Shown here: positions 19,011 through 28,570 of the stretch, one piece after another | How positions within the stretch are numbered: the first letter of the stretch is position 1 | Layout of the letters: each line of letters begins with the position of its first letter | NCBI GenBank assembly: GCA_965248535.1 | Contig: CBDFJR010000005.1 | Coordinates: 1,504,001-1,568,000, forward strand | Length of the DNA stretch: 64,000 nt | Direction: 5' to 3' | DNA from: Phormidesmis sp. | GTDB taxonomy: Bacteria; Cyanobacteriota; Cyanobacteriia; Leptolyngbyales; Leptolyngbyaceae | Notes under the pieces: model-generated | The model's input: the letters and a program-made list of their open reading frames with translations, nothing else | What the model was told of the DNA's origin: nothing | The model's database searches: none | Made by a program: the position numbers and the translations under genes

Positions 19011-20027
19011 TTACTCCACTGTTGCCGTTGCTTTCTTTCCACCTTTCTTGCCTTTCTCAGCAGATTTAAAAATGTGTTTCTGAGCATAGGCGCTGGATTC
19101 AGTATTCGCTTGAGTCAAAAGCTCTGTGAGCTTAACTTCATCACCTGTAACCTGTTTCACTTCAGCCAACAAAGGTTCAAAATCATCTCCCAACAAAGCC
19201 GAGAAAGGAATATACTCTTTGTCCATTAAAGCTTTCATTGCTTCCTGTGCTGCTTTCAAAACATCATCTTCATTGAGTGGATCGGGAAGTTGAATTTGCT
19301 GACGTTCCATCAACAGATCATAGATTTTTTGAGTCCAGCGTAAATTGCTGACAATCTCACCATCCGCAAAAATCACGCCAACCAACTCATTCCGAACCCG
19401 ACCTGTCCGAGTGGTCTGTGCTCCATAGTGGCGAGTTCTCAGGATGTTGTTAAACACGTATAGAAAACCTGCTTCAGTTGGATCTTTGAGAGTAACAATG
19501 CTGGGAAAGAAGGTTTGAGGCAGAATATGATCTTGGCTGTTAATGCGGCTAGTGACTTCTCCATTCCGGCTCATCGTGCCATTCTCAAAGGGTGCATTGA
19601 GCGTAAAGTTCAGGTGAGAATCATCGAAAGGTGTAATCGAATAGGCAGTATCGACCACAACTTTGGATTTCTCAGAACCAGAATCGCCGATCGCAAACCC
19701 ATAAAGAATGCAATCAGGAGTCGTCTTGCTAAAATCAACGTTGTAATCACACTTTTCCCAGTCACCAATCTTGTAATTGCGAAGCAGTTCGCGACCTGTT
19801 AAACGCTCAGGTGTGGATTGCTTGCGCTTGAACATGGCAAGGCGGCTGATGGCTTCCGAATGCGTCACCCCGGCGCGTACTCGTGCTTTATTGAGTTCGC
19901 CATCGGTTTGAAACAAGGGGTAGGATTCAGTAATGCGAATCGTGATGAAGTGAGCATACTTGCCCATTGGTTTAGCAGGGATTTCGGTGTGAAAATGCTT
20001 CGCGTCAACAGCTTTCAAAAATTGCAT
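19011..20027 (-). CDS. cas7d: Cas7d/Csc2
   Basis: ITESYPLFQTDG, FKRKQSTPERLTGRE, PDCILYGFAIGDSGSEKSKV, YGAQTTRTG. Confidence 0.94.
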   Translation of the reverse strand: MQFLKAVDAKHFHTEIPAKPMGKYAHFITIRITESYPLFQTDGELNKARVRAGVTHSEAISRLAMFKRKQSTPERLTGRELLRNYKIGDWEKCDYNVDFSKTTPDCILYGFAIGDSGSEKSKVVVDTAYSITPFDDSHLNFTLNAPFENGTMSRNGEVTSRINSQDHILPQTFFPSIVTLKDPTEAGFLYVFNNILRTRHYGAQTTRTGRVRNELVGVIFADGEIVSNLRWTQKIYDLLMERQQIQLPDPLNEDDVLKAAQEAMKALMDKEYIPFSALLGDDFEPLLAEVKQVTGDEVKLTELLTQANTESSAYAQKHIFKSAEKGKKGGKKATATVE

Positions 20028-20069
20028 GATGGTTTCCTTAATGGTTAGCTTTTAGAGTGTGACAAGGAC

Positions 20070-20564
20070 TTAAGCAACGTCAGCTTCTGCATCCGGCAGG
20101 TCTTCCGGTTCAGGCACTGAAATAGCTTTTCTGGCTTCATCGTCTTCCAAGCGATAGAGATAGTCGCAGGTGTCTCGAATCAGATTGAGTTGAGCGCCTG
20201 CAAGACGGGCACGATCGCCCTTAAAAGTCTCCTTAAACAAGTCTTTGACAAAGAATGTGGCAAATTCATAAATGGCTTGGCGTTCTTCTTCTGACGTTAA
20301 GGCGGGCTTCCACTTACCCTCCACCAACACTAGAGTCGGTTTACCCTCAGCCGTTCTGCGGCGGACATTGGTCATCAACTTAGCAATGCGTGCGGCTACC
20401 ACATCTGTCATTGCTTGTTCATCAGGAACCAGCGCTTTGTCCGTTTTTAGCAGCACATCAGCCGCTTCATCGATCGGCTTCAAAACAGCATTTGGTTTAG
20501 CATATTGACTCTTTGCCCGATAAAAGCGGCGGTAGAGTCGAGTCAATTCACGCAGTTGATTCAT
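20070..20564 (-). CDS. cas11d: Cas11d small subunit (internal in-frame translation in cas10d)
   Basis: In-frame ATG (MNQLRELTRLYRRFYRA) preceded by AGAAGGAAAACCC; internal Cas11d translation is established for I-D systems. Confidence 0.75.
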   Translation of the reverse strand: MNQLRELTRLYRRFYRAKSQYAKPNAVLKPIDEAADVLLKTDKALVPDEQAMTDVVAARIAKLMTNVRRRTAEGKPTLVLVEGKWKPALTSEEERQAIYEFATFFVKDLFKETFKGDRARLAGAQLNLIRDTCDYLYRLEDDEARKAISVPEPEDLPDAEADVA

Positions 20565-23339
20565 GGGTTTTCCTTCTGGATCAAAACAGGAGTAGAAATA
20601 TTGGTAGAGTTTGATTTTCTCGATCGGCGCACTATCCCAATCCAATTTGCGAATCAGTTTAGTTAGGTAGTGAAAAACATAGAGGGGACTGGTTTCCAGA
20701 TCTCTGGCGAGGGCAGCGAGTTTGCCCCAATCGGGATCACCATCTTTTTTGCGGTTTACCTCCAAATGGATGCAGTAAGCTGCACTGAGAGCATTAAGTG
20801 AAGAAAACACCTTGGCACGGGGAAGGATGGCATCCAGTCGAAAGGTGTCCTGTTTGATCAGGGTAGCGATCGCCTGATGTTCACCATCCAAAATGGTCGT
20901 CTGCTCAAAGTCAGCCCCACTGATGAACGGTGGCACTGGAGACTCAGAGGCAACAACCTTGACATCCAAAATCAACGGCAATGCTAAGGCTAACCAAGCA
21001 GGCATCACCCAAGATTCTGTATCAGTAGCATCCCTTCCAGGTGGTAACGCCATGAAGAAGAATGTCAATGGCTCATTGGGATAGTTGAGCTTGAAAGTTT
21101 GGTCTTTTTCTGATTCTTCTTGAAGTAGCAGAGAATCGACTCGCTGATAGTTCTCAATGTTGAATTGAGCAACCTGCTTGTCACTAACTAGATGCTTACG
21201 AATATCTGCATCAAACCTTGTGCGCCGAATCCAGGAATAGGCTTTCTGTAGGAAGTTGTTGGTTTCAGGGGTGAAGAAGTAAGCAGGATAAAGATATAGA
21301 TAGCGGTATTTTCGTCCTTCAAAGTCACCACCTGTGGCATTAGTCTGATTCATCAGAATTTGGCGCAGCATGATTTCGACTGACCAGATGGCGCAAATTT
21401 GCCGTTTTGCTGCTTGAGCATTGAAAAGAATCTGGCGATTGCTATAGACCTGCGGTGCAAATAGCGTGGCAGATTCCATTTGCTCGGTTACAGCATAGGA
21501 AGAACTCGACATCGCACAGACATTTTCACGTCCACGACCCGTGATCTTGGCGGCTTGGTAGCGACTCAGTTCTAGTAAAAAGGGGTCGGTTTCTGGTGGA
21601 GTCACAGCACCCGTTGGCAACGAAACAACGCGCTGAACATAGGTGCGTAAGTCGCTCCAGCCATCGGGTAAGGCAAACTCTTGCACGATCGGCATAACCA
21701 TCCCCGCCGCATGGTGAGCAAGGGTAGTCATCACCTCTCGCACTTCTTGGTCGGAGATGTGAGAATTGTGCTGAATATATTTAGCAGAGAGATAGTACCA
21801 ATCCAGGGGTACACCACCTGTTTTTTTGAGCATTTGAATCGCTCGAATAGCAGGAATTTCATGAACTAAACCTAAATGTTCGGCGAGTTTTTGAGTAAGC
21901 TCTAAGTCAGGTAGAGTCTTGCGTTCTGATTTTGGCTGTTGTTTTTGCCATTCGTTAAAGCGATCGCACCAACCGCGCCAAATTCCCCGACACAACGTAT
22001 CACCAAATTCTGCAAGGCGATCGATCCGATAATCATCACCAAATTCAACCGAGATATGATCGGAAAGTTCACCTTCAGCTTTAAAGTTGGCTAAACTTGC
22101 ACTCCGCTTGGCAGCCGAAGAAATTTTCGTAGATGGAATAATGCGACAAGCAGCCAGTTTTGCCACATCCATCAGGTCAGCAATATCAAAAAACAACCAA
22201 TAGTAGTCAGCAAATTTTAAGCCTTTGCCATCTCGTCCAAACCCAGTCTGTCGTTGTTTAAGCTGGTCGCCACAAAGAGCTTTGATTTTGTGAATGACTT
22301 GTTCGGGTATCTGTTCAATGTTGGCGATCGCGGGTGCATCCGCTTTAGCAAGATACACTGCACCGTCTGGTAGATATAGTAGTGGCGTGTAAAAATCCTT
22401 GGGATGCACATCCATCAAGGCATTATTCAGAATATTGGTTAGTACGCCTCGATTATCAGACAGAGCATGATAGCTAAACTTTAAATGTCCATTGCTCAAG
22501 TCTTGGAGGAGACTGGTGAGATTGTTCGTCTCAATGTCAGACGGACGTTTAATGACCGATGCAAATAGATCAGAGAGCTTCACCAGTCGAATCAAAATCC
22601 CCTGAACTCGCTCATCAATTTGACACTGTAAACCGCGTTGCTTCAGCCCCAAGTCGGCATCATATTTTTCGCCTGCATTATTGCTAATCCAGATGATGTC
22701 ATCTACATAAGATTGCCAATCATCACCAATTAAAGTGTGCAGTCCCAAATCTTGAATCTTTTGAATGACGTATTCACGTCCAAGATTAGGTGCCTCTGAT
22801 TTATGGGGTGGATCTTTGCGCCAATTGCGATCGCGAAACTTTCCTTCCACATCATTCTCGGTTAGCCAAACCGGATAGTCAGGAAACTTATCATAGTCGT
22901 GTAGAATATAAGCAGCAATGTAAATGGCGGCTTCTAAGTCCTCGCACAGGCGCTTGACCTGATTGGTGGTTTCTAGAGTTTGCAACACTCGAAAAATGCG
23001 ATAGGTGGGAAATAGCCCGTTAAGCAAGTGCGAGGTGAAAGACTGATCTTCTTTGCTGCGTTCAACATTCTTTCCCTCGGCTCGTCGGTCTTCGGTAAAC
23101 TGTCCGCCTTTGGCAGTTGCCCCCACAAGCTGATGCATTAGATTGGGTAAGACATATTCAGCAAACAATGCCAGAAGTGTGTCGTTCTGATTGCCGTCGG
23201 TTTCTCGAATAGCTTGTTTGAGTAGCTTAATTGTCAATAGTTCTGGCTTTTTGGGAGATTCTTCATCCTCTCTGCCAGCGTTGAAATCTAAAACTGGTAA
23301 GTCATCATTACTGAGTAAAGATAATTGTTTGTCAGACAT
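20070..23339 (-). CDS. cas10d: Cas10d/Csc3 with N-terminal HD nuclease
   Basis: GATAKGG, DQSFTSHLLNG, LHDYDK HD motif, TDTESWVMPAWLAL; position in operon. Confidence 0.93.
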   Translation of the reverse strand: MSDKQLSLLSNDDLPVLDFNAGREDEESPKKPELLTIKLLKQAIRETDGNQNDTLLALFAEYVLPNLMHQLVGATAKGGQFTEDRRAEGKNVERSKEDQSFTSHLLNGLFPTYRIFRVLQTLETTNQVKRLCEDLEAAIYIAAYILHDYDKFPDYPVWLTENDVEGKFRDRNWRKDPPHKSEAPNLGREYVIQKIQDLGLHTLIGDDWQSYVDDIIWISNNAGEKYDADLGLKQRGLQCQIDERVQGILIRLVKLSDLFASVIKRPSDIETNNLTSLLQDLSNGHLKFSYHALSDNRGVLTNILNNALMDVHPKDFYTPLLYLPDGAVYLAKADAPAIANIEQIPEQVIHKIKALCGDQLKQRQTGFGRDGKGLKFADYYWLFFDIADLMDVAKLAACRIIPSTKISSAAKRSASLANFKAEGELSDHISVEFGDDYRIDRLAEFGDTLCRGIWRGWCDRFNEWQKQQPKSERKTLPDLELTQKLAEHLGLVHEIPAIRAIQMLKKTGGVPLDWYYLSAKYIQHNSHISDQEVREVMTTLAHHAAGMVMPIVQEFALPDGWSDLRTYVQRVVSLPTGAVTPPETDPFLLELSRYQAAKITGRGRENVCAMSSSSYAVTEQMESATLFAPQVYSNRQILFNAQAAKRQICAIWSVEIMLRQILMNQTNATGGDFEGRKYRYLYLYPAYFFTPETNNFLQKAYSWIRRTRFDADIRKHLVSDKQVAQFNIENYQRVDSLLLQEESEKDQTFKLNYPNEPLTFFFMALPPGRDATDTESWVMPAWLALALPLILDVKVVASESPVPPFISGADFEQTTILDGEHQAIATLIKQDTFRLDAILPRAKVFSSLNALSAAYCIHLEVNRKKDGDPDWGKLAALARDLETSPLYVFHYLTKLIRKLDWDSAPIEKIKLYQYFYSCFDPEGKPMNQLRELTRLYRRFYRAKSQYAKPNAVLKPIDEAADVLLKTDKALVPDEQAMTDVVAARIAKLMTNVRRRTAEGKPTLVLVEGKWKPALTSEEERQAIYEFATFFVKDLFKETFKGDRARLAGAQLNLIRDTCDYLYRLEDDEARKAISVPEPEDLPDAEADVA

Positions 23340-23376
23340 CAGGAATTCCTCCAAATTCTGTAAAGCTCATTCACGG

Positions 23377-23754
23377 TCACTCTTCCTCCTTTTCAATCGG
23401 CTGATACTCCTGGATATTGTTGGATTGGATCACCCATAATTTGCCAGTAATAGTTGCTGACTCCAGTCCTAGAATCAGCGTGTCGATCGCTGCATACCAA
23501 TCTGCTAGTTGAACTAGAGATGGCAAACGAATTACGGCAATACCAGAATAGTTTGCTGGGTTATATCGTCCCCGATTGCTAAAGTCACGATCGGCAGTAA
23601 CTAGACAACGCTCTTCTTGATGACAAATCTCAATCAACGCTGTATCCGGTGCTGACATCAGATTTTGTTGTGGGACGGTGGCAACGTCATACCCTGCTGA
23701 TCGAAACCGGGACAGGATTCGCAAGTCTACATTTTCATCAAGCTTGAACTTCAT
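23377..23754 (-). CDS. DUF5615 PIN-like toxin (VapC45-like)
   Basis: MKFKLDENV..D..LVTADRDF..GIAVIRL; ATGA overlap with upstream gene. Confidence 0.85.
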   Translation of the reverse strand: MKFKLDENVDLRILSRFRSAGYDVATVPQQNLMSAPDTALIEICHQEERCLVTADRDFSNRGRYNPANYSGIAVIRLPSLVQLADWYAAIDTLILGLESATITGKLWVIQSNNIQEYQPIEKEEE

Positions 23755-24011
23755 GAAGCGGTTTCCTTGGGGCGATCGAGAGGAATTTCTGCCCAACCGC
23801 CCCGCGCCATTTCTGCACCATAGGCAATGCAGGCAAGAATATCTTCTCGTTCAATGCTGGGGTATGCCTCTAGCAAGCCTGCGATCGTTTCACCCGCTGC
23901 CAAATAATCTAAAATCAATGCGACCCAAATGCGATGTCCCCGAATGCAGGGCTTGCCAAAGCAAATGTTTGGGTCGATCGAAATACGAGATAGTAAAGCA
24001 TCGTGAGTCAT
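23751..24011 (-). CDS. DUF433 antitoxin (VapB45-like)
   Basis: RISIDPNICFGKPCIRGHRI..YPSIEREDILACIAY. Confidence 0.92.
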   Translation of the reverse strand: MTHDALLSRISIDPNICFGKPCIRGHRIWVALILDYLAAGETIAGLLEAYPSIEREDILACIAYGAEMARGGWAEIPLDRPKETAS

Positions 24012-24103
24012 AAGTTGATTTCTTCAGTTGCAGCTTTGTCTGAATTCTTTCAGCATATCGGTTGAGCTTTTACTTTGGCAGAGTACCCGAAAGAACCAAA
24101 TCC

Positions 24104-26221
24104 TCAACAAATCCATCCTTCATCTTCTTTAGGTTTCCATCGCCACGTTAGGGTTTCTAGCAGTAAGGCAGATTGCCCAAACGCGATCGTGTAGGGAGGG
24201 CTGCGATCGTCAGGGCGGTCACTCAATCCATACGCCTGAAACTGCATGGGCAAGCCTAGTTTTGCGCGTAGGTCATCTCGGCGGCGGTCTGAGATGTAGC
24301 AAACCAGTCCGCGACGATAGAGCGCTTTGCTAATCGCATTCTCTCCTGCCGTAACTTCCAAGCCCTTCAAGATCTGTACCTTCCCCGATCGTGCTAGTTC
24401 CCCGACATTGCCAGCATGATAGAAATGCCAGTTTTCGCGCACGTCTCGATAGTCCTTCAGCACCAAATAACACAGAGCCTCCTGAAAGCGTTTGGTCGGC
24501 AATCCGGCTTTCTTAACCTTTGCTAAAAACTCCTCCTTCTCCATCAGGTCGAATATGAAATTACTCAGCAAGCCCGGTAGGCTGTAGGTCTTGAATCTGT
24601 CTCTTTCTGGTTCATCACGATTTGTGACATCGTAAATCGCGCAGTCTATTTGACTGCTCCCTCGAAAAAATCGAGCTTCGTCTAAGATGGCGTGCTGCTT
24701 TTCCTTAATGCAGTGATAAACCTGACCATGCCGCTGTCGCATTGAGAATCCAAAGGCTGCTTCGGTATCTGCTTTGAAACCCTCTGCTGCATCAGGATAA
24801 ATCTCTTTCATGCGAGGCGAATGTAGCTCATTCCAAGCAGAAAAAGACTGAATCGTGCCCCAGCGCTTGGGATATCCCTCAAACTGATTGATAAATAGCC
24901 AAGATTTATGGACAGTGTTGTTGAAAGTAACGCGATCGTACTCCAGCCCATCTTGTAAAGGTGCCGCCTGACCATCTTTCCCAGTAAACAGCCGCGCCAC
25001 CAAGTAGTTAGGAATCAGCGCATAAGCTCGATACACCGGGAATCCCTCGTGCCGTCCCAACCGACCAAACCGTTGAATAAAATTTCCACCATCTGCTGCT
25101 TCAAAAACCAAGAAATTAATCTTGAAATCTACCCCGACATCGATCGTCGAAGTGCCAATCAGCAAATCTGCATCAGAAATTGATCGTGTTCGTTCACTTT
25201 CTCCTGTCAAACTTGTATTAGACAATGCCTCTAAGCCATGTTGAGCAAATAGTGGTTTCAACTTAGCCGAGAGTTTGTAGACTGCTGCGATCGAATTGAG
25301 AATAATTGCACCCTTGCTGCCAGGATGGTCTAGAAAAAACTTCAGAATCACTGATTCAGCATTCTCAACAATCCAGTCATAGCTCGATCGCACATTAGGT
25401 TCCAAGTTATCCGGGAATGTTAATGCGATCGGCTGGCTAATCGGTCTCCATCCCGGCTGATCACTGGCAGCAAATCGATAGGCACCATGCTCAACTGGAT
25501 TAATAATGCGGTATCTCAATCCTGCTCGTGATAAAAACTCTTGCAGCAACTCACTTGGGGTTGCAGACAAAAAGAGAAACTTACGTGGAGTTGATGTGTG
25601 TTTAATCAACAGCATCGCATTCAAAACGCTGGCGATCTGCGGTGAGGAGAAAATATGAAACTCATCAAAGATAAACAATTTATAGTTATCGTCAATCTTC
25701 CTAAACAACTTGTCTGGATTGTCGCCTCGACTAGCCTTCCTAGGATCGCGTCGTAGATAGCGAAAATCATGAATGTAGTGAAAAATATCGGGGTTGGTCA
25801 GCAAAATCTCTGAGTTGTCAGCGCGATCGATAATTCCCTGTTGTTTAGAGGGTAATTGCCGTGTCTCTACGAAGTCTTCTAATGTTGCCCCCGTCAACCG
25901 ATAAATCTGCGGGTCATATTTAGGGTTGAATGCTGCCTTGTAGTTTTGCACCTGTCGCTCTTGATCCCGTGCTAACTCATTAGTTGGATACATCGCCAGC
26001 GTATAGGTTTTACCTGTCATTGCCTGGAGATAAGCTGCAAGGCTTTTGCCATCTCCAGTCATGGCTGTGTTAAAGACCACATCTAGGTTTGGGTCACCCA
26101 AAGCATTGAATGTTTCCGCCTGATGCCAAGACAGCGACCAGCCATCCGGCAAACTAATTTCCGATGGTGTTGAAACCGTTCGGGAGTAAACAGGCTTGAG
26201 TGTAATACTAAGTTCCGTCAT
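24104..26221 (-). CDS. cas3: Cas3' helicase (I-D)
   Basis: TGDGKS, DEFH, LSATP, STIDVGVDF, QRFGRLGRH; no HD domain. Confidence 0.95.
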   Translation of the reverse strand: MTELSITLKPVYSRTVSTPSEISLPDGWSLSWHQAETFNALGDPNLDVVFNTAMTGDGKSLAAYLQAMTGKTYTLAMYPTNELARDQERQVQNYKAAFNPKYDPQIYRLTGATLEDFVETRQLPSKQQGIIDRADNSEILLTNPDIFHYIHDFRYLRRDPRKASRGDNPDKLFRKIDDNYKLFIFDEFHIFSSPQIASVLNAMLLIKHTSTPRKFLFLSATPSELLQEFLSRAGLRYRIINPVEHGAYRFAASDQPGWRPISQPIALTFPDNLEPNVRSSYDWIVENAESVILKFFLDHPGSKGAIILNSIAAVYKLSAKLKPLFAQHGLEALSNTSLTGESERTRSISDADLLIGTSTIDVGVDFKINFLVFEAADGGNFIQRFGRLGRHEGFPVYRAYALIPNYLVARLFTGKDGQAAPLQDGLEYDRVTFNNTVHKSWLFINQFEGYPKRWGTIQSFSAWNELHSPRMKEIYPDAAEGFKADTEAAFGFSMRQRHGQVYHCIKEKQHAILDEARFFRGSSQIDCAIYDVTNRDEPERDRFKTYSLPGLLSNFIFDLMEKEEFLAKVKKAGLPTKRFQEALCYLVLKDYRDVRENWHFYHAGNVGELARSGKVQILKGLEVTAGENAISKALYRRGLVCYISDRRRDDLRAKLGLPMQFQAYGLSDRPDDRSPPYTIAFGQSALLLETLTWRWKPKEDEGWIC

Positions 26222-26318
26222 CGTTTTAAGGTGTACGTGACTGGTTGCACTAAACCTATGATGACAGGCACAATAGAAACTGTCCAGGACAAAGTGAACG
26301 TACACTTTTGGAGTTCTT

Positions 26319-27182
26319 ATGGGTCGTCGGGGTCAATCAGTTACCTTATCAATCTCAGACCATGACAAGGCGCAGCTAGAGCAGATCGCTCAAGAACAAG
26401 GAATGCTCTGGGGTGATCGTCCTAACATTTCTCGCTTGGTCGAAGCGATCGCTCGTCGCGAACTGCTGATCGGTCGAAATAACGACTGGTCAGACACCCG
26501 TATTCGAGAGTTAAATCAGGCAATTCGAGTGCTGCATGACACAGGATATACGCAGATTGCCGAGACGATCGCCCATCTTTTACTCGAACGGGGCGAACTG
26601 TCTGATCCGACACGCCGGGATCTCGATCGCTATTTAGACAGACCGTTAGTTCCTTGGCGACAGGCGATCGATCGCTACATTCTTCAACAGCAGCCGTTCC
26701 AACTGGCTTATCGAGATGCGGCCGATCGTCCTTGGGTGTTCACGATTCGCTACGCCCAAGTCACCGCTCATGAACAGCGCCACTATTTAGACTGCTGGTG
26801 TGAACAATCTGAAGGGAATCAAGACATTTCAGAACTGGCGCACAACTGGTGCTTGAGGCTCGATCGCATTCCCGAAGCGGCTGTTACTCCGATCGGGGGT
26901 CAATGGCACCAAAGTTTAGACACAATTGAAGTCGAAATGAATATCTGTCGAGGGTTAGCCTTTGCTTACCAAGCCAAGCCAGAAGATAGTTCCAACGAGT
27001 GGCTAGCTAGCTCTTCAGAAGTGCGGCGAGTGGTGCGGCGAGTCACTTCTACGTTCTGGTTTTTTCGTGAGGTGTTTCGCTATGGGGAAGATTGCGAGGT
27101 GATTGCTCCGGGTGTGGTACGCGATCGCATTCGGCACAAAGTGCAGGCCCTGACAGAACTCTATCGTGAGCCGATTGAATAA
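26319..27182 (+). CDS. WYL-domain transcriptional regulator (Sll7009-like)
   Basis: RHH-like N-terminus (SVTLSIS..PNISRLVEAIA), YLDCWC, HNWCLRLDRI, FWFFREVFRYG; divergent from cas3'. Confidence 0.9.
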   Translation: MGRRGQSVTLSISDHDKAQLEQIAQEQGMLWGDRPNISRLVEAIARRELLIGRNNDWSDTRIRELNQAIRVLHDTGYTQIAETIAHLLLERGELSDPTRRDLDRYLDRPLVPWRQAIDRYILQQQPFQLAYRDAADRPWVFTIRYAQVTAHEQRHYLDCWCEQSEGNQDISELAHNWCLRLDRIPEAAVTPIGGQWHQSLDTIEVEMNICRGLAFAYQAKPEDSSNEWLASSSEVRRVVRRVTSTFWFFREVFRYGEDCEVIAPGVVRDRIRHKVQALTELYREPIE

Positions 27183-27285
27183 ATTTTTTCTATAAAAATA
27201 CCGACCATACGACCAACAGCAAATTCTCAATTTTGGGGAACTTCAAACCAAAGAATAGGATTCAAAGTTCCCCAGTTTGGCGGGT

Positions 27286-28332
27286 TTAGAAGACGATCGT
27301 CCATCCCTGACGTTGAGCTTGTTGTTTGGTATAGGAAACACCGTCTACTTTCAGTCCCGCTTTGTTCAATAAGGTAATCAACCCACCATTGTTGCCCAGT
27401 TGCACTGTTGGCGAGAGCGTCACTAACAGCGTAGAACCCGCTTGCAGCGTCCCGGTTAGAGAGTGCTTGTTTTTGAATTGATTGGCGATCGTCCAGCCAG
27501 TCAAATCGATCGGTTTGGGAGAAGCATTGAGCAGGGTGACGGTTTCTTGCTCAACACCTGTGCCTTGAGGGTTGACTAGAGCAGCAACAATGCGAGCCAG
27601 TTTCTCTGGTTCTTCTGGGAGGGGTTGAGGCGGCAGATCAGGGCTGGGCTGTGGCGCTTTGGGATCGCTGGGGGCTTGGGTGGCGATCGCGTGTCCTGTG
27701 CGATCGTCGGTGTGCCACGCTTGGGATTGGAACTTGAGAAACACGGCAACCCAACGCTTCTCAGCAGGAAACTGAATCAACATTGCCCCATCTTGCCAGA
27801 TGCCATCATCGTTGGCGTGGCTGGGGTCGTTGCCTTGATTCATGTGGATGTCGTGAATCCCGTTGCCGGGCAAAAAGCCAAAATATTTGTCTTTCTTCTG
27901 GGCTTCTGGGCCCCATCGAGCACCAAAGGCATAAATCAACGCACTCTCATCTGACAAAGCACGTTGAACATATTTGTTGATTTTGTCGTTTAAATCGTTG
28001 TCTGGGCCGGGCAGCGAGGCCGGGAGAGCAACCATTTGAGCACGATCGAAGAAGTTTCCGCGAATGAAGTCGATGGCGAGTCCGCCGGGTTTGCGGTCTG
28101 GGAGCGGCTTGAAGCCTAGGGGCAACTGGTTTAGAGCATCTAACGTTGGGTAGGTGAAATTTTCGTTAACAAAGTAGAGCAAATCAGGCGGGCTGTCGCT
28201 GGACTTAACGTTGATTGCGATGCGATAGTCTGTGGTGTCGTCAACAATGCGAATCTGATAGTGGTCGTTTGCGCCCGCAGCAAATTTAACGCTAATGGGT
28301 CGCCCCTTCAATACGCCGTACTGTAGTGTCAT
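27286..28332 (-). CDS. DUF2278/YukJ-family protein with C-terminal lamin-tail domain
   Basis: YGVLKG, RIAINVKS, GIHDIHMNQGN, WQDGA, FQSQAWHTDD; Pro linker; ALVNP..ETVTLLN..DLTGW..LGNNGG. Confidence 0.85.
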   Translation of the reverse strand: MTLQYGVLKGRPISVKFAAGANDHYQIRIVDDTTDYRIAINVKSSDSPPDLLYFVNENFTYPTLDALNQLPLGFKPLPDRKPGGLAIDFIRGNFFDRAQMVALPASLPGPDNDLNDKINKYVQRALSDESALIYAFGARWGPEAQKKDKYFGFLPGNGIHDIHMNQGNDPSHANDDGIWQDGAMLIQFPAEKRWVAVFLKFQSQAWHTDDRTGHAIATQAPSDPKAPQPSPDLPPQPLPEEPEKLARIVAALVNPQGTGVEQETVTLLNASPKPIDLTGWTIANQFKNKHSLTGTLQAGSTLLVTLSPTVQLGNNGGLITLLNKAGLKVDGVSYTKQQAQRQGWTIVF

Positions 28333-28570
28333 AGTTTCCTCAGTTCTTGCGATCGAGTCTTTGATAGTGCCGAAGCACCTTAAACGTGTTGGCTTTCTGA
28401 CGGAGTTGTTGAGAGATAGATGACTTAGACTGCTGGCTTTGTTTATTCTGGTTTAGTCAGCAGGCAAAGAACATTCCCCGATCGGGTAACTTTGTTCAGA
28501 AGTCTACAGTATCGATGCTGTAGGTAATGCTCTGTCTAACAGAGGGTTAAATTCATGCCGCTCGATCGCG

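Noticed and set aside
26244..26270. Possible autoregulatory target of the terminal spacer in the cas3' promoter (GTT PAM + GCAC)
   Set aside because: Only 4 contiguous seed matches and about 9 of 23 overall, compatible with chance
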